Assembly: GCA_910578345.1 (NCBI GenBank)
Contig: CAJTRA010000006.1
Coordinates: 1,382 to 65,381 of the forward strand
DNA from: an uncultured Lachnospiraceae bacterium
GTDB taxonomy: Bacteria; Bacillota; Clostridia; Lachnospirales; Lachnospiraceae
Length of the DNA stretch: 64,000 nucleotides
Direction of reading: 5' to 3'
The position numbers and the translations under genes were made by a program. Each line of letters starts with the position of its first letter. Within the stretch, counting starts at the first letter, position 1. Of the stretch, positions 32,134 through 42,213 are shown one piece after another. Under the pieces are notes generated by a model. That model saw only the letters and a list, made by a program, of their open reading frames with translations. It was not told the origin of the DNA and ran no database searches.

Positions 32134-33417
32134 ATGATAAGGAGGAAAGTAAAATACCTTGGCGCAGCGGTTTGCAGCGTGACTGCGATGATGGTGGCCG
32201 GGGGATGTGGAAGCTCGGCTGGAGACGGCAAGATCGAGATTGAGATCGTTCAGTATAAGCCGGAGGCGGCCAACTATTTCACTGCGGTGGAAGAGGAATT
32301 TAACGCGACACATGATGACATTCACTTAAAGATCAGCTCGCCCAACGATGCGATGACAATCTTGAAGACAAGGTTCATCAGAGAGGACTATCCGGAGATC
32401 ATAGGAATCGGCGGCGACATTAACTATTCCTATTTCGTGGATGCACAGATTCTGGAAGATATTTCAGATTATGAAGGACTTAACAATATCAATCAGGGCT
32501 ATCTGGATATCGACGAAGCTCTTAAGTTTGTTCCTGTAGAAGGTACTTATGCAGTGCCATATGTGGCGAATGCGGCGGGTATTCTGTACAACCGGGATAT
32601 GTTTGAAGAGCATGGATGGACGATTCCGACGACCTGGGACGAACTGCTTACCTTGTGTGACACTATTCAGGGTGAGGGCATCCTGCCTTTCTACTTTGGT
32701 TTCAAGGACACATGGACCTGTCTTGCGCCGTGGAATGCGATGGCGGTAGACCTTGCACCGGCGGATGCATCCAAGCAGGTAAACCGTGGGGAGACTACTT
32801 TTACCAAGGAGTACCGAGAGGTATCCGAGAAATATCTGGAACTCTTGCAGTATGGTCCGGAAGATCCGTTTGCTTACGGTTACAATGATGCATGTACGGC
32901 TTTCGCAAGAGGCGAATCGGCCATGTATCCGATCGGAAGCTATGCGGCACCGCAGATTTTGTCCGTAAACCCGGATCTGAATCTGGACTCCTTCGTTATG
33001 CCGGCAAATGATGCGGCGGATGGCAATACCTTAAACTCCGGTATTGACCTGCAGTTCTGTGTGACGGCGGGCTGTAAGAATAAGGAAGCGGTCTATGAGG
33101 TGCTTGATTTCCTGTATGAGGATGCAAATATTCAGAAATATATCGATGCACAGACGGCAATCCCGTGTAAAGAGGGCGATTTCCAGTTACCTTCCATTCT
33201 GGACGGTATGACAGACTATATCACATCCGGCAATATGACGGACTATCAGGATCACTACTATCCGTCCGAGATGGCGGTGGATGCGCAGATCCAGACCTTC
33301 CTGCTGAATCAGGATGTGGATGCATTCCTGGAGAAGTTCGATAAGGACTGGCTGCGGTATAACAGAGACATCATCCGTCTGGTGCAGGATTACGAAAAAG
33401 AGATGAAGAATTTCTAA
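32134..33417 (+). CDS. Sugar ABC substrate-binding lipoprotein (MsmE-like, raffinose/melibiose)
   Basis: Lipobox AGGC, family-1 SBP pattern (YNRDMFEEHG...PTTWDEL), operon with GH36. Confidence 0.88.
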   Translation: MIRRKVKYLGAAVCSVTAMMVAGGCGSSAGDGKIEIEIVQYKPEAANYFTAVEEEFNATHDDIHLKISSPNDAMTILKTRFIREDYPEIIGIGGDINYSYFVDAQILEDISDYEGLNNINQGYLDIDEALKFVPVEGTYAVPYVANAAGILYNRDMFEEHGWTIPTTWDELLTLCDTIQGEGILPFYFGFKDTWTCLAPWNAMAVDLAPADASKQVNRGETTFTKEYREVSEKYLELLQYGPEDPFAYGYNDACTAFARGESAMYPIGSYAAPQILSVNPDLNLDSFVMPANDAADGNTLNSGIDLQFCVTAGCKNKEAVYEVLDFLYEDANIQKYIDAQTAIPCKEGDFQLPSILDGMTDYITSGNMTDYQDHYYPSEMAVDAQIQTFLLNQDVDAFLEKFDKDWLRYNRDIIRLVQDYEKEMKNF

Positions 33418-33485
33418 GGCGTCAGAGAACGCCGCCTGAGAAAATCTATGTCATCTCTTGAAGAATCGCTTTATGACGATTCTTC
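33398..33485 (+). repeat. Two-hairpin structured element, copy 1
   Basis: AAGAGATGA/TCATCTCTT closing stem of a bulged hairpin, then GAAGAATCG/CGATTCTTC hairpin. Homologous to 51098-51186. Confidence 0.8.
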
Positions 33486-33543
33486 TGCAATATTCTTGTA
33501 TGGGAACAATATGGGGTGCAAGTGAGAAAGGAGAGCATGAGTT

Positions 33544-34419
33544 ATGAAATTAGGAAAAAATGAGAGAAAAACGACCTTTTTGTTGATCACCATTCCGATT
33601 CTTGCCTTGTTTATCTGCTTCAATACCATTCCGCTGATCCGCGGCGTGATATACAGCTTTACGAATTTTAAGGGATTCGGAAAATATGACTGGGTGGGCT
33701 TCAGAAACTATGTCGATCTGTTTTCGGATCTTCGTGTGGGCAAGTCTTACTGGTTCACTTTTAAACTGGCGATCGTGACCACCGTTGTGGTAAACGTCCT
33801 GAGTCTTCTGCTGGCGCTGGCGCTTAACAGCTCCATCAAGGCAAAGAGCTTTTTCCGCGGGGCGTACTTCCTGCCGAATATCCTGGGCGCACTGGTTGTA
33901 GGTTACATCTTCAATTACTTCTTTACTTATATTCTGCCGGCTCTGGCGGATATGATCGGAATCGACGCGCTGCGCACTTCCATCCTGTCCAATCCGGATG
34001 CGGCGTGGATCGGTATCATGGTTGTCTGTGCATGGCAGGCGATCGCCATGAATACGATCATCTATATCTCCGGTCTGCAGACGGTGCCGGAGGATGTGTA
34101 CGAGGCGGGCGGTCTCGACGGAGCGACAGGCTGGAAGCAGTTTAAATACCTGACCTTCCCGCTGATCATTCCCTTTTTCTCCATCAACATGGTTCTATGC
34201 GTGAAGAACTTCCTGATGGTATTTGACCAGATCATGGCTTTGACAAAGGGCGGCCCGGCGCAGAGCACGGAGTCCATTTCCTACCTGATCTACAACAACG
34301 GTATGTCGGGCGGACAGTTCGGATTCCAGAGTGCCAACGCGGTTGTGTTCTTTATCGTGATCGTGGCGGTTTCCGTGGCGCAGATGAAATTTTCCGGTAA
34401 AAAGGAGGAGCAGTTATGA
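33544..34419 (+). CDS. Sugar ABC permease (MsmF-like)
   Basis: EAA loop YEAGGLDGATGWKQF; LTKGGP. Confidence 0.92.
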   Translation: MKLGKNERKTTFLLITIPILALFICFNTIPLIRGVIYSFTNFKGFGKYDWVGFRNYVDLFSDLRVGKSYWFTFKLAIVTTVVVNVLSLLLALALNSSIKAKSFFRGAYFLPNILGALVVGYIFNYFFTYILPALADMIGIDALRTSILSNPDAAWIGIMVVCAWQAIAMNTIIYISGLQTVPEDVYEAGGLDGATGWKQFKYLTFPLIIPFFSINMVLCVKNFLMVFDQIMALTKGGPAQSTESISYLIYNNGMSGGQFGFQSANAVVFFIVIVAVSVAQMKFSGKKEEQL

Positions 34420-35249
34420 CAATCAAGAAAACAAACAAGGCGGCAATGATCGTCCTGATCCTTGGTCTTTCCACGATCATCTTACCGTTATACCTGACTA
34501 TCGTCATTGCATTCAAGCAGCCTTCGGAAATGACAAACAGCATCAGCGGTATCCTGTCGCTGCCCAAGGCGTGGAGCCTGAACAACTTCAGAGAGGCCAT
34601 GGAGATCACGGATTTCTGGCGTTCCTTAAGCAACAGTTTACTGATCACGGTGGCGACGGTAGCTCTGTCCATCGCAGTGCATTCCCTGATGGGATATGCG
34701 CTTGGACGTAACAAGGCCGGCAGCAAGTTCTACAGCTTCGTGTATCTGTTTATCGTCAGCGGTATGTTTGTGCCTTTTGCGATCCTGATGATGCCTCTGG
34801 CAAAGCAGACGGCAGAGTTGGGACTGGCCAACTGGTTCGGCGTGATCCTGCTGTATGTGGTGTTCTATATGCCTATGAATGTGCTGCTTTATTCCGGTTA
34901 TCTGGTGAATATCCCGATGGCGCTGGAGGAGGCGGCCAAGGTAGACGGCGCTTCAACCTGGAGAACTTACTGGAAGATCATCTTCCCGATCATGAAGCCC
35001 ATGCACGCGACGGTTGCAGTGCTTACGGCGCTGGCAGTGTGGAATGACGTTATGACGCCGCTCGTGATCATGGCCGGTTCCGGACAGAATACGCTGCCGC
35101 TGGCACAGCTGAATTTCCAGTCGCAGTTCGGCACGAATTATAACCTGGCGTTTGCGTCTTATCTGCTGTCGTTGATTCCGATCCTGATCTTCTATGTGGT
35201 ATGCCAGAAGCAGATCCTGAACGGAGTTGTCAATGGAGCGGTGAAATAA
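34416..35249 (+). CDS. Sugar ABC permease (MsmG-like)
   Basis: LEEAAKVDGAS, VWND, C-terminal GAVK. Confidence 0.92.
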   Translation: MTIKKTNKAAMIVLILGLSTIILPLYLTIVIAFKQPSEMTNSISGILSLPKAWSLNNFREAMEITDFWRSLSNSLLITVATVALSIAVHSLMGYALGRNKAGSKFYSFVYLFIVSGMFVPFAILMMPLAKQTAELGLANWFGVILLYVVFYMPMNVLLYSGYLVNIPMALEEAAKVDGASTWRTYWKIIFPIMKPMHATVAVLTALAVWNDVMTPLVIMAGSGQNTLPLAQLNFQSQFGTNYNLAFASYLLSLIPILIFYVVCQKQILNGVVNGAVK

Positions 35250-35421
35250 TCATTGACAATATCGACATAAGGAAGTTCATTGATGAAATATGTAAAATTA
35301 TGGTATACTTGGGGCAGGCTTTGCGGCTTGCTTCAAGTATATTGTGCAATATTGTCAGCTATAAAATGCTTGTAAGAAAGACGGAAAGCAGTAAATATTT
35401 AGAAAAAGGTTGGTGCGGCGT

Positions 35422-37653
35422 ATGGCAATTCTATTTCAGGAAGAAAAGCGGATCTTCACTTTAGAGACAAAGCAGACGACCTACCAGATGAAGGTAGACG
35501 ATTTCGGATTTCTTCTGCATCTGTATTATGGGGCGAAAGTATCCGGAGAGATGGATTATCTTTTGACGTATTATGACAGGGGGTTTTCAGGAAATCCAAA
35601 CGACGTTGGGAACAACAGGACATATTCCATGGACGTGCTGCCGCAGGAATATCCGACGTTGGGAACAGGAGATTACAGAAACAGCGCGCTAGTGCTTCGG
35701 AACCATGATGAATCGGAGTGCTGCGACCTGCGCTATGCCGGGTATGAGATCCGGGAGGGCAAATATGAACTGCCGGGATTGCCGGCGGTGTATGCGGGAC
35801 AGCAGGAAGCCCAGACGCTTCAGATCGTATTGGAAGATGCCGTGAGCAAAGTGCGGGTACAGCTTCTGTACGGGGTGCTGGAGGATGAGGATATCATCAC
35901 GAGAAGCGTAAAAATTACCAACTATGGCACGGAGTGTGTTGTGGTGGAGAAGGCGGCGTCGGCTTGTCTGGATTTTATTACGGGGCGGTATGATCTGCTC
36001 AGTTTCTATGGAAGACATACCATGGAGCGGAATCTGCAGCGGTCAGAGATCAGGCATGGAAGCCACAGTATCGGAAGCCGCAGGGGGACTTCCAGCCATC
36101 AGTACAATCCGGCGGTGATCGTGGCGGGGAAGAATACCACGGAGGATACCGGGGACTGTTATGGGATGGTCTTTGTCTATAGCGGCAATTTCCTCTGCGA
36201 GGCGGAGAAAGACCAGTTTGATCAGACGCGGGTATTGATGGGACTGCAGAGCGATCTCTTTCATTATCCGCTGAATGCCGGGGAGACGTTTGTGACGCCG
36301 GAGACGATTCTGTGTTACAGTGATAAGGGATTTGGCGATCTGTCGGTGAAGTATCATCGTTGTATCAGAGATCATATTTGTAATGGCGCGCGCAGCAGGC
36401 GTAGAGCGAGCATGCGGCAAAATGGCAGCGTACCTGAATATTCGGTAGTTACCCCGCGGCCTGTGCTGGTCAACAGCTGGGAAGCGGCGTACTTTAATTT
36501 CACCGGGGAGACCATCGTAGAACTGGCGAAAGACGCGGCTAAGCTGGGCATTGATATGGTTGTTATGGACGACGGCTGGTTTGGCAAGCGGGAGGATGAC
36601 AATAGCGGTCTGGGCGACTGGCAGGTGAACGAGAAGAAATTAGGCTTAAGCCTTGGCGAGCTGGTGCGCAGGGTCAATGAAGCGGGCGTTAAGTTCGGTA
36701 TCTGGATTGAGCCGGAGATGATCTCCGAGGACAGTGATCTGTACAGGGAGCATCCGGATTGGGCGATGCAGAATCCCGGCAGGAATCCGGCCAGGGGCAG
36801 GAACCAGCTGGTGCTCGATTTCTCCAGGGAGGATGTGCGGGAGCATATTTTCGACCAGATCTGCAGAGTGCTTGACCAGGGCAATATCGAGTATATCAAG
36901 TGGGATATGAACAGGAGTCTTACGGATTTCTATTCTGTGAAGAACAGACAGGGTAAGGTGGCTTACGATTTTGTGATCGGTCTGTATGATTTCATGGAGA
37001 AGCTGCTGGCAAAATATCCGAATCTGATGATCGAGGGCTGCAGCGGCGGCGGCGGACGGTTCGACGCCGGGATGATGTATTATACGCCGCAGATCTGGTG
37101 CAGTGACAACACGGATGCGGTGGACAGGCTGCGGATCCAGTATGGGACCTCCTTCTTCTATCCGATGTCCACAGTCAGCGCCCATGTATCAGCGGTGCCC
37201 AACCACCAGACGGGCCGGAGCACCAGCCTGCGCACACGAGGCATCGTGGCCATGACGGGCGCTTTCGGGTATGAACTGTCGCTTGGTAAGCTGGGCGCGG
37301 AAGAGAAAGAGGAGATCAGAGAGCAGATCAGACAATATAAGGAGTTTGAGCCGCTGATCAACACGGGAGATTACTATCGCCTTTCCAATCCTTTTGAAGA
37401 TGCCTGTGCGGCATGGATGTTTGTCTCAGCGGACAGGAAATGTGTGCTGCTGCATGTGGTGCTTCTGGAGAATCATGGCAATATGACGGTGAATTACGTG
37501 CGTCTGAAGGAACTTCTGCCGGATGTGGTCTACGAGGAAGCGGGGAGCGGCAGATGTTACTGTGGATCTGCACTGATGCAGGCGGGCATACCGATTCCTG
37601 TGGAGATGGGAGAGTATCTCGCATATCAGTTTGTGTTTAGGGTAAAAGAATAG
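35422..37653 (+). CDS. Alpha-galactosidase, GH36
   Basis: NSWEA, MDDGWFG, FGIWIEPEM, YIKWDMNR, EGCSGGGGRFD, WCSDNTD. Confidence 0.96.
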   Translation: MAILFQEEKRIFTLETKQTTYQMKVDDFGFLLHLYYGAKVSGEMDYLLTYYDRGFSGNPNDVGNNRTYSMDVLPQEYPTLGTGDYRNSALVLRNHDESECCDLRYAGYEIREGKYELPGLPAVYAGQQEAQTLQIVLEDAVSKVRVQLLYGVLEDEDIITRSVKITNYGTECVVVEKAASACLDFITGRYDLLSFYGRHTMERNLQRSEIRHGSHSIGSRRGTSSHQYNPAVIVAGKNTTEDTGDCYGMVFVYSGNFLCEAEKDQFDQTRVLMGLQSDLFHYPLNAGETFVTPETILCYSDKGFGDLSVKYHRCIRDHICNGARSRRRASMRQNGSVPEYSVVTPRPVLVNSWEAAYFNFTGETIVELAKDAAKLGIDMVVMDDGWFGKREDDNSGLGDWQVNEKKLGLSLGELVRRVNEAGVKFGIWIEPEMISEDSDLYREHPDWAMQNPGRNPARGRNQLVLDFSREDVREHIFDQICRVLDQGNIEYIKWDMNRSLTDFYSVKNRQGKVAYDFVIGLYDFMEKLLAKYPNLMIEGCSGGGGRFDAGMMYYTPQIWCSDNTDAVDRLRIQYGTSFFYPMSTVSAHVSAVPNHQTGRSTSLRTRGIVAMTGAFGYELSLGKLGAEEKEEIREQIRQYKEFEPLINTGDYYRLSNPFEDACAAWMFVSADRKCVLLHVVLLENHGNMTVNYVRLKELLPDVVYEEAGSGRCYCGSALMQAGIPIPVEMGEYLAYQFVFRVKE

Positions 37654-37676
37654 ATTGAGGATAGATTTTTTGAGGG

Positions 37677-37718
37677 AAAACTGCCGTACCGGTATCGATG
37701 ACCGGTAGGGCAGTTTTT
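37677..37718 (+). terminator. Intrinsic terminator after the GH36 gene
   Basis: AAAACTGCCGTACCGGT...ACCGGTAGGGCAGTTTTT. Confidence 0.8.
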
Positions 37719-37841
37719 ATAGTGAGGGAACTTGCAGCGTTTCAAGCTTTTTCAAAATAGGACTGGTTGTATTGTCAGAATCTTGTTACAATAAATGTTA
37801 TAGTATAAGATCGTTAGGAGCAAGGATAGGAGTACAGGATC

Positions 37842-38912
37842 ATGCAGGATTTCATCAATATTTCAAAATACGCAGGCATGCGCAACGATCTGGCACAGGC
37901 GGGAGGTGGCAATACTTCTGTTAAGCTGGACGATCGCATCATGCTTGTGAAGAGTTCCGGTTTCCAGTTGGCGGATATGAAGGAGCAGACGGGGTATTCC
38001 AAGGTGGATTATAAGATGATCGTGGAATATTTCAGAGAGCATGTGGAGCCATATGCGGAGGATGTTTTTACGGAGGAGCAAGGAAATCAACTTCTGAAGG
38101 AGGCACAGATCGAGGGAGGACACGCCTCGATCGAGACATTCCTGCATGCCATCACCGGGAAATATACACTGCATTCGCATCCGCTGCTTGTCAATATTCT
38201 GACGGCGCGGGAAGATGCCGAAACGATCGTTCACGAGCTTTTCCCGAAAGCCGTTTTCGTGCCTTATCGGAAACCGGGAGCGGCTTTGGCGGAAGCCTAC
38301 GACAAGATTTATCGTGCAGAGGAGGCGAGGGGCACGGACAAAACGATCGTTTTCCTACAGAATCATGGTCTGCTGGTCAGCGGAGACGATGGAGATGAGG
38401 TGATCGGGAAGACAGAGCAGATATTGGCGCAGGTTGCAGAATATCTGGAGTTGGACGACAGCGCATACCGTGCCGCGACGCAGCTTTACAGGGTGACCAG
38501 GACGATTGACGTGCTTGCAGGAAATATTGTCTATCTTTCGGAGAACCGTTATCTGTCGCGAGAGTATGCGGGCAGCAGCCTGGTGGAGCAAGGTATGTGG
38601 GAGCATGCTTTCTGCCCGGATTGTGTCGTGTATGCGGGCAAGAAGCTGTTATGGCTTAAGAAGGAGTATGACAGGCAGGATATTCTGGATTTCGTGGACG
38701 CGCACGGTCTGCCGACGCTTCTATATTATGAAGGGTATTTTTACATCTTGGCAGAGAGCGTGAAGAAGGCTCAGGAAATCGAGAATGTGATGAGCTTTGC
38801 AGCCAGGGTGCAGTATGTCAATCAGGGGCGGAAAATGCACTATCTGAATCATGCTCAGGAAGAAGAACTGCTCAACTGGGATGCGGAGAAGTATCGTAGA
38901 AAGAAAGTGTGA
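37842..38912 (+). CDS. Class II aldolase/adducin-family protein (RhaD/AraD superfamily)
   Basis: GGGNTSVK, VKSSG, SIETFLHA, HSHP, LQNHGL metal-binding motifs, C-terminal WDAEKYR. Confidence 0.85.
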   Translation: MQDFINISKYAGMRNDLAQAGGGNTSVKLDDRIMLVKSSGFQLADMKEQTGYSKVDYKMIVEYFREHVEPYAEDVFTEEQGNQLLKEAQIEGGHASIETFLHAITGKYTLHSHPLLVNILTAREDAETIVHELFPKAVFVPYRKPGAALAEAYDKIYRAEEARGTDKTIVFLQNHGLLVSGDDGDEVIGKTEQILAQVAEYLELDDSAYRAATQLYRVTRTIDVLAGNIVYLSENRYLSREYAGSSLVEQGMWEHAFCPDCVVYAGKKLLWLKKEYDRQDILDFVDAHGLPTLLYYEGYFYILAESVKKAQEIENVMSFAARVQYVNQGRKMHYLNHAQEEELLNWDAEKYRRKKV

Positions 38913-38936
38913 CCACGAGAAAGAAAGGAATTCAAA

Positions 38937-39548
38937 ATGGAAGAGCAAAAGAAAGACAGGGCAGGACAGCCAGGCTGGAATGGGAGGTCTCTTACAAAGG
39001 AACAACAGGGGCAGGTCAAAGAACAGTATAAAGTATACCGCAGTAAAATTTATGAAGCATATCCACAGGTAGAGAGATTTGAGAAAAACAAGAAAAGATG
39101 GATAGGATTTCTGATCCTGATGCGTTTGTTTCTCCTGGTAGTAGTAGGTTGCGTTCAAGGACAAGCGATGCAGGGTCCGCTGGGTCTGACGATCCTGGGT
39201 CTGATCATTGGTGTAGCGCCCAGCTTAATCATTTTAGTTGCAGCGCTGGCTCCTAAGTGGCAGCTTGCATGTGTCCTATATCTGCTGGCGGCGCAGCAGA
39301 TCATGAACTTTGTAAATATGTTGTCTGAGATCGGGATTCAATCGTTAGGAGATTTTGTCTGGTCAGTTTCGGACGGCTTCAGACGAAACCCGTTTTTGAT
39401 TTCGTTGGACGTGATCTCATGGATTTATGTTCTGCTCCTTCTGTTGACAGCGGTCTGGCTGACGCTGATTCCACGTAACAGGGCGCTGGCAAAACAGTCA
39501 GAGGAGCTTGTCGCTCAGTTAAAGAATTTCAGGCCGACAGGGATCTGA
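38937..39548 (+). CDS. Hypothetical membrane protein (about 4 TM)
   Basis: 203 aa ORF with AAAGGA RBS and hydrophobic segments; no motif recognised. Confidence 0.7.
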   Translation: MEEQKKDRAGQPGWNGRSLTKEQQGQVKEQYKVYRSKIYEAYPQVERFEKNKKRWIGFLILMRLFLLVVVGCVQGQAMQGPLGLTILGLIIGVAPSLIILVAALAPKWQLACVLYLLAAQQIMNFVNMLSEIGIQSLGDFVWSVSDGFRRNPFLISLDVISWIYVLLLLLTAVWLTLIPRNRALAKQSEELVAQLKNFRPTGI

Positions 39549-39590
39549 GGAATATTACATTGATAAAATAAAGAGATAAGGATATGGTTC

Positions 39591-39639
39591 AGTGTCAGAG
39601 AGGCTATGCCGGTCAGGGCAGCTTCCTGGCACTTTTTTC
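39591..39639 (+). terminator. Probable intrinsic terminator
   Basis: AGTGTCAG...CTGGCACT imperfect stem followed by a T-tract. Confidence 0.6.
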
Positions 39640-39701
39640 ATTTGTGGCAGCCATAAGAATGTTCCGAAAAGGACTGGCAGCAGATAAATTCTTATGATCA
39701 T

Positions 39702-39864
39702 AACAATAAAACTGCTTTAAAAACAATAAAACTGTATAAATAAGATAAATAAATGGGCAAAATTTATAATTATTGCAAAAAAAGTATTGCTTTTATTGCC
39801 AATATGTTGTAGTATCAGGCTTATAAGAACAGAATATCTGTTTTATTAAACAGAATTTCTGTTT
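39702..39864 (+). promoter_or_regulatory. Promoter flanked by two pairs of AACA-N6-CTG operator-like sites
   Basis: AACAATAAAACTG at 39702 and 39722; TTGCTT-17-TAGTAT (39787-39815); palindromes AACAGAATATCTGTT (39828-39842) and AACAGAATTTCTGTT (39849-39863). Confidence 0.7.
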
Positions 39865-39935
39865 AAAAGTCTTTGCAAGGACACAAGGTAACATGAAGGC
39901 AGCAATTTAAGAAGAATCTTACGGGAGGTAAAGAA

Positions 39936-41276
39936 ATGAAGTGCAAGAAGATTACAGCATTGTTAATGGCAGCAGTCATGACTATGTCGTTGACGGCATG
40001 CGGCGGTTCAGGAGCATCCACTTCTGATACGCCGGCGGAAGAGTCTACAGACGTAGTCGGGGGGGGTGATTCAGGTGATGCAGCAGTAGAGGATGCCTCT
40101 GCGGAAGAAGCGCCTCAGGTAGCGCCCGGCAAGAAAGGAACGATCGAGTTCTGGACGGTGTTTACCGGAGCAGACGGTACATCCATGCAGGCGATGGTTG
40201 ACGCTTACAATGCAACAGATCCTGACTATACGGTAAACCACAGGGCAATGGAAGCAAATGACCTGTATCTTAAGATGCCTCTGGCAATTCAGTCTGGTGA
40301 GGACGTGCCGGATGTATGTATCAATCATGTAGAACGCGTGCCGCTCTTCGAAGAGCAAGGTTTCTTAACAGATTACACGAGTTTTCTGGATGGTTCAGAA
40401 GTTAAGAAAGAGAACTATAATCCCAAGGCATGGGCAATGACCGATTTAGACGGCGGGCATTATGGTGTTCCTCTTGATGTACATACGTATGTATTATATG
40501 CCAATATGGATCTGTATGAGAAATACGGCAATGGCGTATTGGACGACGGCATTCTGACATGGGATGAGTTAAAGTCAGTTGCTGACGCATGTTTGGCGGA
40601 TGAGATTATGCCTATGGGAATGGCATGGCTTCGTGTGAAGTTCCTCGCCTCTTATGCACAGCTTGGCGGAACCTTAAGTACAGACGGTAATACACCGGAC
40701 TTCAATAATGACAAGGCAGTTCAGGTTCTGGAGAACTGGAATGATATTATGAATTCCGGATATGGCCAGAAGGAAGGCGACGACCCCTGGCAGTTGTTCC
40801 TTGCAGGCAAGGTTTTGTTCTGTCCGGAAGGAATCTGGATGTACAATAACGTGAAAGAAGCGGGCCTGAATGCGCAGATGTTTGATTACCCTGTATTTGA
40901 CGCAGGCACCAAAGGAAACTGGACGTCTTCTCATCAGTTTGTTCTTCCTAAGAACGATTCCAGAGATGATGAAAAGACGATGGCAGTATTAGATTTCATT
41001 AATTTTATGGGAAATAACTCCCTCGAATGGGCGAAAGCGGGTCAGTGTCCTGCTCATGTATCGATCAAGGACGTACCTGAGTTCCAGGATATGCCGCAGG
41101 CCTTTTTGGCAGATGAGAATGATGAGTTGAAGATCTACGACTACAAGTACTATGGTTATGCAGTAGAGAGTCTTGATACTGTATTGGGCGAGGTACTTTG
41201 GGGACGTATGACACCTCAGGAAGCTTTGGATCAGGCTGTACAGGAGACCAAAGACAAGATTGAGATGAGCGAATAA
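39936..41276 (+). CDS. Sugar ABC substrate-binding lipoprotein
   Basis: Lipobox LTAC, low-complexity linker, FWTVFTGADG, family-1 SBP; GGAGG RBS. Confidence 0.9.
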   Translation: MKCKKITALLMAAVMTMSLTACGGSGASTSDTPAEESTDVVGGGDSGDAAVEDASAEEAPQVAPGKKGTIEFWTVFTGADGTSMQAMVDAYNATDPDYTVNHRAMEANDLYLKMPLAIQSGEDVPDVCINHVERVPLFEEQGFLTDYTSFLDGSEVKKENYNPKAWAMTDLDGGHYGVPLDVHTYVLYANMDLYEKYGNGVLDDGILTWDELKSVADACLADEIMPMGMAWLRVKFLASYAQLGGTLSTDGNTPDFNNDKAVQVLENWNDIMNSGYGQKEGDDPWQLFLAGKVLFCPEGIWMYNNVKEAGLNAQMFDYPVFDAGTKGNWTSSHQFVLPKNDSRDDEKTMAVLDFINFMGNNSLEWAKAGQCPAHVSIKDVPEFQDMPQAFLADENDELKIYDYKYYGYAVESLDTVLGEVLWGRMTPQEALDQAVQETKDKIEMSE

Positions 41277-41309
41277 TCATTACCAAAAAGGAGAATGGAG
41301 GGAGAAGGC

Positions 41310-42200
41310 ATGGCAGGAACGGCAACCAAGAAGAAACAGAAACTGACGCCGTATTTGTTTTTGGCGCCGCATTTGTTGATGTTTCTGATATTTTTTCTGA
41401 TTCCCATGGTTTATGGAATCTATGCGTCCTTCACTAAGTGGGATCTGTTCGGCAGCCCGGAGTGGGTCGGACTGCAGAATTACGCGACAATCTTTACCAA
41501 CACGGAGTCAACCTTTTACCGGCAGTTTTGGAATGGCCTGAAAAACACAGTCATATTTGTCATTATCTGTGTGCCGTTCCAGGTATTGCTTCCGCTTATT
41601 ATAGCGATACTGTTGGACAAGAGACCGAAGGGGCGGAATATTTTTCAGGGAATTTTCTACATGCCGACTCTCTTCTCCATTACTTCTGTAACATTGACGT
41701 GGCTGTTTATCTTCAACCGTTCGCTGGGTCTGTTTAATCACATGTTTGGGACGGACATCAACTGGTATGGAGAGCAGCCCTGGGCATGGATCACGATCGT
41801 GGTCACCACCGTATGGTGGGGGCTGGGAGGAAACCTGATTATTTATGTGGCGGCCCTCTCAGGAATCGACAGGTCTGTAATAGAAGCCGCGTCACTTGAC
41901 GGCGCCAGGGGACTTAAGAAATTCTGGTATATCACGGTACCCAGCATTAAGTTTCCCCTGACGTATACGATCGTCATATCGATCGTTGCACAGTTTAATA
42001 TTTACGGACAGCCGCTGATCATGACCGGCGGCGGTCCCAGTGAATCTACCTATGTGCTTTTGATGTATATACGTAATCTGGCTTTCGGCACGGGGAAGTC
42101 CGTCGCAGGTATGGCCAGCGCAATGTCTACCTGTCTGGGACTGATCATCGGAGTCGTATCGGTAGTGCAGCTGATTATGATGCGTCGTCAGGAAGATTAA
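41310..42200 (+). CDS. Sugar ABC permease
   Basis: EAASLDGA, MTGGGP. Confidence 0.92.
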   Translation: MAGTATKKKQKLTPYLFLAPHLLMFLIFFLIPMVYGIYASFTKWDLFGSPEWVGLQNYATIFTNTESTFYRQFWNGLKNTVIFVIICVPFQVLLPLIIAILLDKRPKGRNIFQGIFYMPTLFSITSVTLTWLFIFNRSLGLFNHMFGTDINWYGEQPWAWITIVVTTVWWGLGGNLIIYVAALSGIDRSVIEAASLDGARGLKKFWYITVPSIKFPLTYTIVISIVAQFNIYGQPLIMTGGGPSESTYVLLMYIRNLAFGTGKSVAGMASAMSTCLGLIIGVVSVVQLIMMRRQED

Positions 42201-42213
42201 GGAGGGGTGTAAT

